Assembly: GCA_000165345.1 (NCBI GenBank)
Contig: CM000435.1
Coordinates: 512,001-576,000, forward strand
Reading direction: 5' to 3'
DNA length: 64,000 nt
Shown: piece after piece, positions 11,766 through 19,145 of the stretch
How positions within the stretch are numbered: position 1 is the first letter of the stretch
How the letters are laid out: every line of letters starts with the position of its first letter
Notes under the pieces: model-generated
What the model was told of the DNA's origin: nothing
Databases searched by the model: none
Seen by the model: only the letters and a program-made list of their open reading frames with translations
Translations under genes and position numbers: made by a program

Positions 11766-12414
11766 TTAATTTTTCTTGTAAATCGTGTTAAGAAGTAGTT
11801 TGATCAAATAACCAACAAACAAAGCCGAGAATGTTGTCAAAAGAGCAACAATCCAGATTGCAAGTTTGCATTCACCAATAGGAATATTTATATAGGGATA
11901 TTTTGGGTCTCCCGTTGGAACCTTAGTAATACTTATCCTGCATTCCTTAAGCTTGAAAAACTCATCTATTCAAATTTTTGCTTTTATGGGTTCTTCAAAG
12001 ATTTTAAAACTTACCTGGAGATGAACATTGACAATGACTTTTATGGACCCACAAACATTGTTTATGGAAATCATGGTCACAAATATAAACTCCAATTTCA
12101 CATCCCTGAGGGAAAAAAGTTGCATGCAAATACGGCAAAATGAAAAAAAATACACTTACCTTTACAGTATCCTTCCCATCAAAGCCTTGAGAATTATAAC
12201 ATTTTGGTCTGGAGTCTATTCTAATCCTATCTGAGAATATTTGAATCTTGAACTTATGAGAAATAATTGGAAGTACTTCCAAAGAAAGACGCGAAAGTTC
12301 GTTGTCTGGGATACCCTCATTAATGGGAATGAACGATGGTATCACTGTAGATTGAGTTGAAATGAAGTCCCATATTAGAACACAAATAATAATAAAGAAA
12401 ATAGTCTTTTTCAT
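11766..12414 (-). CDS. Three-exon type I membrane protein (signal peptide, Cys-rich lumenal domain, C-terminal TM), function unknown
   Basis: Exons 12414-12160, 12105-12015 and 11965-11766, giving 181 aa. Donors GTAAGT at 12159 and 12014; acceptors ...ccctcag and ...gaatag; the frame is kept across both junctions. N-terminus MKKTIFFIIICVLIWDFISTQS, eight Cys, TM LAIWIVALLTTFSALFVGYLI, tail ...IYKKN. Confidence 0.6.
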
Positions 12415-12550
12415 GTTATTATCGAATTTTCATATTTATTAAAGGGAGATCCGCCAAATTTTTTTGCAGAGAAAAAATTAAATGAATGATTGGAGAAAAT
12501 TACAAAACGATTATATTTGACATCTTTTCAAAGTAAAATAAACTCATAAT

Positions 12551-13462
12551 ATGGGCTTCAGCGGAGATAAAATAGAATCTTCGTGTAATATTCGGTCTCA
12601 ACGAAGGCTTAGAACTGATACTGCAGAGGCAGTTTTTGGCAATTTTTGGGAAGCACCAAAAAATTCAAATTTTCACTCCAGGGGAGTGAAAAAAAATAAA
12701 CAAAACTATGAACATGAGATAGCTGAAAATTCTACCCAGAAGTCAGACTCAGATTCCTTAGATAAAAAGTTTAATATTACAAACTTGGACACTCAAGAAA
12801 GATTGAGCTTTTATGAGTCACAAGGAGCAGAGCCATACCTTTCTAAGTACCCAACTATAACTTCTATACTTACAGAAACACAACCTAAAAGGTGGATGAT
12901 AATGTTTAGTAGAGCTCAATCTTCAAGTTCTAGGGATTCTAAAGATGGAAAGAATAATAAAAAGAATTCTAAAATAAATTCTTCAGGTTTAACAAACGAA
13001 GATTTACCGTTTAACAAAATGCAATTTATATGGAGTTCTGAGTTGGATGAACACAAAAGGGTCAAGTTAAATAACAAAAACAGTCCAAGTTCACAATCTT
13101 TATTATCTGACCCAAATGACCTTTCACCAATCGTAATTAATTTTCCCCACCCTATTCAGCTTCAGAATATTTCTATTCCATACGAGGTTCTAGACCCAAG
13201 GTCCGTTCCATGCGGCTCATTTATTTGGTGGGATAGAAGAGTATGGGAATATAATTTTGTTTATATGGCCAGAAGACTATCTACTAACGATGAAAAAAGT
13301 CGTAAAAAACTCAATATAGAAAACCCAGTAACTCCAAAGAAACAGATTAGAGCTTTAGGGGAAAGCAACGGACAAAGTTCTAAGCGTTCAAGACCAAAAG
13401 TAGATGCAAACCCCAAACTAAATCAGAAATCAAAGTCTCCTAAGAATGTAATTAAGCAATAA
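12551..13462 (+). CDS. Hypothetical basic, low-complexity protein
   Basis: 303-aa ATG ORF with K/S/N-rich tracts. It fits between neighbouring genes without overlap. No family recognised. Confidence 0.45.
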   Translation: MGFSGDKIESSCNIRSQRRLRTDTAEAVFGNFWEAPKNSNFHSRGVKKNKQNYEHEIAENSTQKSDSDSLDKKFNITNLDTQERLSFYESQGAEPYLSKYPTITSILTETQPKRWMIMFSRAQSSSSRDSKDGKNNKKNSKINSSGLTNEDLPFNKMQFIWSSELDEHKRVKLNNKNSPSSQSLLSDPNDLSPIVINFPHPIQLQNISIPYEVLDPRSVPCGSFIWWDRRVWEYNFVYMARRLSTNDEKSRKKLNIENPVTPKKQIRALGESNGQSSKRSRPKVDANPKLNQKSKSPKNVIKQ

Positions 13463-13530
13463 AGTCAAAATTTGAGTATTATAGCAACATTTTAATATTC
13501 AGTTTATAATAATCTTCTATAGTTAATAAA

Positions 13531-15086
13531 TTAATCTTCATCGCTTTCACTAATTAATCTGTTTAACTTTCTTTTAACTGGTCTCATTGTAGGCTCGGGC
13601 GATTTAGTCTGTAATGAAGGAGTATTCTCAACAGTAGAAGATTCAGAATCTTTGTTTTCTTCTATCTTGTTCACTTTGATTTCACTCGACTGATTAGGAG
13701 CTTCAGAACTGTTTTCAGCGAGATCTTTTTCAGCTTGACTACTCAAGTTCTTAGATACTGGAGCTCCCCATTCACTAATAATTTTCGTTTCTTCTATTTT
13801 AACCTTCTTTTTATCACAACTCAAAGAAGAATCTACTTCTTTGCGAGTTTCTGACTTTTGTTTTTCTGATAAAGGTGGCCTAGAGGGAGTTTCATGAGTG
13901 TTTTTTCTTTCGTTTGATGCAGTCTTAAAAAAGCCATCCAAACATGTCTGTGAAGTCTTATTTTTGCTTTTCTTGATTCTTTCGCAATAGCTATTGACTC
14001 TAGCCTCATTGAAATTTTGTTCTTTTATAAGCCACTCCATAAGTTCTTCATACTTGGGGTTTGACCACTTAATCAAATCTTTTATTTGATTATTTTTTGA
14101 TACTAGGGGATTCTTAAAGAGCTCTCTGACCTTTGAGAAATCGAAGTTTCCTGGTATAGGATTTTTTGTCTGATCAATGTTTTTTAAAATGCTTTCAATA
14201 TTATGGTATTTTTTGAGTAATTTATAGGCTGTACTTGTTCCTATTCCTCTTATCGTTCCACAATAATCGCACCCACTCAAGATACAAAGATCAATAAATT
14301 GGTCCATATTTATATCAAGCTCAGAAAGGATCAAAGATAGCTTTATAATTTGCATACCATTTTTTTGTTTGCTTGGCGACTTATCAGTTATTTTGTTTGA
14401 AGATTCTGAAAAATTTAATTGTTTTATTTGGATTGGCGTACCAAATGTCAAAGAGTCTGCATCTTCTGTGACAACTCCATAAACTAGACCATCTTTACAT
14501 AGTTCTGCGCACTGTGCTTCCGCCTCTGATGGGGCATCTATACATGGCATTCCAAGAAAACCCAACAGTTTCTTAACATCTTCTACTTGCTTTTTTGTTA
14601 CATGTATAGTTCTAACAGATTGTTTTTTGATAAGCTCTTCATCTCCAATTTCTTGAGCTTTCTCTAGTTCAGCAAGTGCTTTCTCTCTTCTTTCATCTCT
14701 TTTTGTCAGTTCATCTTTCTTCATCTCTGGGGGAGCACCATCAAATACAAATACAGGTTTAATTCCTGCTTCTAGAAGTCTAGTGGTTCTCGAAAGCATC
14801 CCATTTATATGACTTGTGGATTCACCTGAAGAATTGGTTAAGTTACCCCACTGGCTTCCTTCTCTAATTGCTGCCAAAAACTGGTAAATCCACATACTAG
14901 CGTCTATTGCTACTCTTTTCCCTAGCAAGGAGCCGATTCCCTATAAAATTAAAGGAATTAGAAGTAATATTTAATATAGATCTCTAACTTTGTAATATAG
15001 TCTATTTAAAATGTTCAACTTACCTGCTGTTGGATACTTTTCGGAGCATTATCTGCAAGAAACTTAGTTAGGCCTTTAATTCCCAT
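13531..15086 (-). CDS. FEN1: Flap endonuclease 1, two exons, with a long C-terminal tail
   Basis: Exon 1 15086-15024 encodes MGIKGLTKFLADNAPKSIQQQ. An 83-nt intron (GTAAGT...ttttatag) follows. Exon 2 14940-13531 continues GIGSLLGKRVAIDASMWIYQF...; total 490 aa. XPG-N, XPG-I and H3TH blocks are present, with a PIP box QTCLDGFF at 13927-13950. Confidence 0.9.
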
Positions 15087-15182
15087 ATTAAAATAAAGAT
15101 AGATTAAAATATAATTATTAGAGACTAATTTACAGCCTATTTAAATATTTACACTTTTAATGATAATTTCCCACTTTTATGT

Positions 15183-15222
15183 AATTTCACTCACCCTCCC
15201 CCTCACAGTTGTGAGTGAAATT
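15183..15222. repeat. Perfect 12-bp inverted repeat with a 16-nt spacer
   Basis: AATTTCACTCAC (15183-15194) and GTGAGTGAAATT (15211-15222) are exact reverse complements around cctccccctcacagtt. The repeat lies in the 172-bp spacer between the p24 stop and the FEN1 start. Confidence 0.9.
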
Positions 15223-15258
15223 TAAGGATAATTTGAGAAATAATGAAAAAAATAGACG

Positions 15259-15952
15259 CTAAATAATCCTCTGTTTCCTAAGGAAGTTCCTCATATGAAT
15301 GATTGAAAAATATGAAATAACTGATACTAATGTTAGCTGAATTATAGAGTATATTACAATTCTTTTATTTACACTCAATGCTTGCTTTAAAAACATCTCC
15401 TGTTTCTCAAACTCATATTCTCCTTCGGATACTTGGTTATTTACCTTGCTGATTAGAGAGTTAATAAATTCTTCCACATAATTTGCTTCATCCTTGCTTG
15501 CAATTGAGTCCACGTCAAGATGCTCACTTATGTTACCTGTGTCGATCGAAAGTATCCATTTCATTTGTTCTGATTTAAACCAATTAGAAGAGTCACACCT
15601 AATGCATACCTTGTGATCTCCATCTACTTCTGGAAGGTATGCAACACTACCTTTATGGTCATTTTCATTTACATGCCTACTAAAAACTTCAATATTTTCA
15701 GTGTTTTTGAAAATAACTGTGCAGTCAATACCTAAAGAAAGTATATTTTGCCCAAAAACTAAGATTAAACATACCTAAATTATTCACATTCTCATACTTT
15801 ACATGAATTGGAACAGACTTAGGAACTTCTTGAATGAAGCACTTCTCTGTACCTTCTTGAACATAAAAATATATTGCAGAATACACCCTAATACATTTGA
15901 TGATCAAAAAGAGTATTATTGCCTGAATATTAGCACTTTGAAAAGCCTTCAT
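15259..15952 (-). CDS. p24/emp24/GOLD-domain cargo receptor (TMED family), two exons
   Basis: Exons 15952-15775 and 15731-15259, with a 43-nt GTATGT...ctttag intron; 216 aa. It has a signal peptide, a GOLD-like domain, a coiled region, a C-terminal TM and a short basic tail RNFLRKQRII. Confidence 0.85.
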
Positions 15953-16341
15953 AAGTTTAGGTTCATTAAAAATTATGTCTACAATAGATATTTAGGAATT
16001 GTTATACTATAGTTTTATAGGTATTTTAGAAACTATTTAACCTTAATTACTCTAATCTTATTTGGCCAAGTAGTTGAGGGGAGGTCAAAAATAAAATGTT
16101 CAAAATATATTTAGGAATTCAACAATATGATTAATAAGGGAGAAAAAGTGGGTTAGCAATGCACGCAAACAAATAAGTAGCTTGCGGCTTATTTGATAAT
16201 CTTTATTATTAATAATTATAATCATTCAAACCATACATTTTATTAAAATCGAATTGCGGCAACGCTTTTTATGTAGTAATTTTCTTGCACAAAAGTTTTA
16301 ATTATATTTTAGGGATTATAATTTATTGTGGAAATTAAACA

Positions 16342-16645
16342 ATGCACAGCAACTTTAAGGCAGAGCCTTTTCCATTATTCGTCTCTACTCAAAGTTTTCT
16401 TCCAATATCGATGATTCTCTCGCTTATTTGTAAGTTTGATTGTATTTTTTTAAAAATTTGGTTAAGTATTATTTATGTTTTATTCTCCAGCACTGGTATT
16501 TATATCGTTTTTCATTGTATATGAATTCAGATTCCCAAGATTAAAAAGAAGTTTAAAGGATGAACTAATTGTTTCATTTGCAGGATCACTTACTTTAGGC
16601 TTAGGGCTCACTTTTGCATTATTATCATTTGGTCTATATTTTTAG
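16342..16645 (+). CDS. TMEM258: TMEM258/OST5-like small two-TM subunit (oligosaccharyltransferase accessory), two exons
   Basis: Exons 16342-16429 and 16491-16645, with a 61-nt intron (GTAAGT...ttctccag) and phase 1 kept; 80 aa. The product ...FFIVYEF...LKDELIVSFAGSLTLGLGLTFALLSFGLYF aligns colinearly and end to end with the 79-aa human TMEM258 (...FFVYEV...[29 protein letters not shown], recalled from memory). Confidence 0.7.
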
Positions 16646-17039
16646 GTTTTAGATTTAGTTTCTTTAAGTACTTTATCTCAAGCATTACTGTAATTGTTTG
16701 AATTAAGACAAAATTTAAAAAAATTAACTAAAGCAGAAGATCATAGTTAGAGATTATTATGAAAGCAATACTGAAAAAAAAAGAATTACGAATAAATAAC
16801 ACTTTGATTTAAAAAAAAAAAAGAAAAAAAAAGACCAATAGGGATTTTGCGATAGTATGGGTTTAGAAAATTATAACTCTAGAATATTCCAATCTAACTT
16901 CACCTCTTTTCTATTCGCCGAATATACTTGCATTTGACATTTTAAGCATTAATTTGTCCAATTCATTGTCTTAATAACCGGTAACCCCACACATTGAGAC
17001 AATATGTTAACCAATTATGATTTGTTAAATAGTGCGCTA

Positions 17040-17620
17040 AATTTAGTTAACCTTATTTAATTTCTCCTCACACTGGTGTCTCCCAAAAGTTATGATTTCT
17101 TTCGTCACTTTTTCGATTTTATATTTAACAGGCTCGACTCGGAGTATTATTTATCTCCGATAACCTAAACCGACTTAAACTTTTATAGCGGGGGTTTTTG
17201 GCAAGTTATACCTCGTAGCTAGTTACGTCCCTAATTCTGGACTTAGCTGGTTAAATAAACTAAAATTGCTTTAGCCGTGCTAATACTAAATCTCGCTGGA
17301 TGCTCACAACCCACCTGAATTGGCAGGGTTTAGGTTCGCCCTCTACCAGCAAGTCGTATCTACTTGATACGTTTTTTTCGATAAAACCAATGTATCTCTA
17401 ATTCATATTTAGTGCCAGTACTTCGTAGTTTTTGGAATTGTGTGGGCGTCCTCAGCTTGGACAGTTGGGTGAGTCCGCGCAAAGTCTTTTTAGCCTTGTT
17501 GCTTTTGTACCACTTGACTTGTGCCGGCGATGTTGTGAACGTTTAACAACAGTTTGGAGTTAAAGGATCGTTTTCTGCGCAAATATTTGGAAAAGGGGAA
17601 ATCGCGGGATTTTATTTAGA
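17040..17620 (+). ncRNA. Candidate structured non-coding RNA locus (class unresolved, with telomerase-RNA-like features)
   Basis: No ORF of 60 aa or more in any frame from 16525 to 17739. Local G+C is about 40-53% in 60-nt blocks, against about 30% for the window. Hairpin 17139-17160 is followed by AACCTAAACC (17162-17171). GGTTTAGGTT lies at 17327-17336. Hairpin 17355-17371 is followed by T7. An Sm-like AGTTTTTGG lies at 17427-17435. A terminal hairpin with a GCGG loop lies at 17598-17613. The strand is not established. Confidence 0.3.
17355..17378 (+). terminator. Hairpin plus T7 run (possible Pol III-type or 3'-end signal)
   Basis: CGTATC-tactt-GATACG followed immediately by TTTTTTT. Read directly from the sequence; the function is inferred. 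Confidence 0.2.
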
Positions 17621-17739
17621 TATATTTAATGTAGAAATAAATAAAACAAAATTAGATTTACCAAAAGGGTTTGAATCATTATTTTTACTATGTTAGAGTT
17701 TATGAAGTATAGTTTTATCAGAAAACTGAATAAGCAAAC

Positions 17740-19122
17740 ATGAGTAATCAAGTTGGCTTAATTTATCCTCCATTTGAATTAAGAGCTACAATTGACAAGA
17801 CTGCCAGCTTTGTGGCGAAGAATGGGGAGGAGTTCGAGTCGAGAATACTTAGTGAATCAGGGAGTATTAAGTTTACATTTTTGAATAAGGACAATCCCTT
17901 TCATTTGTACTACAAGAAGCGAATTGAGGATTTTAAGAATGGAGTTTCTATTGACAACAGTGGGCCTACGATCCCGAGGGCAATATTGGATATGAATAGT
18001 AGGAAAGAGAAGCAAATAATTGCGGAAAAAGAGGTATTGATGTTAACATCTTTCAGTGGAGGCTTTGGGTTCATGGGAGGGGCTGTTATGGAGCCTGAAG
18101 AGCCTAGGAAGGATCAATATACAATTTCTCATCCTATAATTTCAATAAAGGATGAGTCAGTAATAAAAATTACAGCAATGTATTTGGCCAGGAATGGACA
18201 ATCTTTTTTATCAGATTTGACTGCTAGAGAGTCAAACAACCCTCAGTTTGACTTTTTGAAACCTGGGCACGCATTATTTGGATACTTTGCAGATTTAGTT
18301 GAGGCTTATTCACTCTGTTTAATTCCAAATAAGAGTTATTTGAGGGGAATGAAAAATGAGTCAGAGGATCTACAGGCAATTTTTAGACGTTGCTATAAGA
18401 ATAGTCTTTGGAGAAAGAAGGAAGTTGAAACAAACAGTGGCTTACTTGAATTAGAAAACAGGGATCATGTAGACTTGGAATGGGTCGCAATTAACATCGT
18501 TGAGACAGTTGATTTTGATGATTTGAATTTGGATCTTCCTGAACCAGTTGATTTTTCTATGCTTTCAAAGTTAGTTTTAGAGTCCTCTTTAGACATGCTA
18601 AATGAAAATGATAGGAATGATCTATTAGAAAGTGAAATTCAAAATGAAGAGAGACAGATTAATGTTTTAGTGATTGAGAAAGAACAAATAAATGATAATG
18701 TTTCTGATGAATTAAATAATACAAACAATGATGATGCTTTTGAAGAGGAATTTAAGAATATAAAAATAATTAAGAACTATGTTAGAGTGCCAAAAAAGAG
18801 GGGGCTTGTAACTAAATCAGAACAAAAAAAGAAAGGTAAAATGTACAGATGTCCAATTACAGGCCAATTGATACCTGACGAGGAAATTTCAAACCATATG
18901 AGGATTTTACTGCTAGATCCAAAATGGAAGCAACAGAAAGACCAGCTAGTTCAGAGAGCGCAGCAGGAATCCGCCCTAACAGCATCTTCAAATATAGAAG
19001 AAAACCTCATCGCATTTATTACAAAGCGTCCCGATCTTTTTGGTACAATTGAAGAAGCTGTAGCAGGAACCCATGGCTTTGAAGAGAATGGAGAAAAAAA
19101 TAAAAAGCAAAAATTTCAGTAG
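17740..19122 (+). CDS. SF3A1: Splicing factor 3a subunit 1 (SF3A1/Prp21)
   Basis: 460-aa ATG ORF. Two SURP modules (IYPPFELRATIDKTASFVAKNGEEFE and IKITAMYLARNGQSFL...QFDFLKP) and the PRP21-like C block YRCPITGQLIPDEEISNHMRILLLDPKW. It lacks a C-terminal ubiquitin-like domain, as yeast Prp21 does. Confidence 0.9.
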   Translation: MSNQVGLIYPPFELRATIDKTASFVAKNGEEFESRILSESGSIKFTFLNKDNPFHLYYKKRIEDFKNGVSIDNSGPTIPRAILDMNSRKEKQIIAEKEVLMLTSFSGGFGFMGGAVMEPEEPRKDQYTISHPIISIKDESVIKITAMYLARNGQSFLSDLTARESNNPQFDFLKPGHALFGYFADLVEAYSLCLIPNKSYLRGMKNESEDLQAIFRRCYKNSLWRKKEVETNSGLLELENRDHVDLEWVAINIVETVDFDDLNLDLPEPVDFSMLSKLVLESSLDMLNENDRNDLLESEIQNEERQINVLVIEKEQINDNVSDELNNTNNDDAFEEEFKNIKIIKNYVRVPKKRGLVTKSEQKKKGKMYRCPITGQLIPDEEISNHMRILLLDPKWKQQKDQLVQRAQQESALTASSNIEENLIAFITKRPDLFGTIEEAVAGTHGFEENGEKNKKQKFQ

Positions 19123-19145
19123 GGTATAATTATAGAGCTAGATAG

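Noticed and set aside
16342-16524. The track ORF read as a single 60-aa product.
   Set aside because: It reads through a GTAAGT intron. The spliced 80-aa product has a full-length TMEM258-like alignment, whereas the unspliced tail does not.
17321-17350. A tRNA-like T-arm impression (GGTTCGCCC...ACCA).
   Set aside because: The stem GGG/CCC encloses a 10-nt loop rather than a 7-nt loop. No acceptor, D or anticodon arms can be built. I found no convincing tRNA anywhere in the window.
17560-17620. Resemblances to known small RNAs. The minus-strand GCGATTTCCCC resembles U1 stem-loop III, and ATATTTGCGCAG resembles the U4 5' end. The plus-strand GGGGAAATCGCGGGA resembles the RNase MRP/P CR-I.
   Set aside because: The flanking hallmark elements are missing: the U1 5' ACTTACCT, the U4 k-turn AATGAGG and Sm site, and the GNAANNUC register with a partner CR-V. 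An MRP/P RNA starting here would run into the SF3A1 coding sequence. I also tested SRP RNA (helix 8 AGG...GNAR...AGCA spacing) and the invariant loops of U2, U5 and U6, and did not find them.
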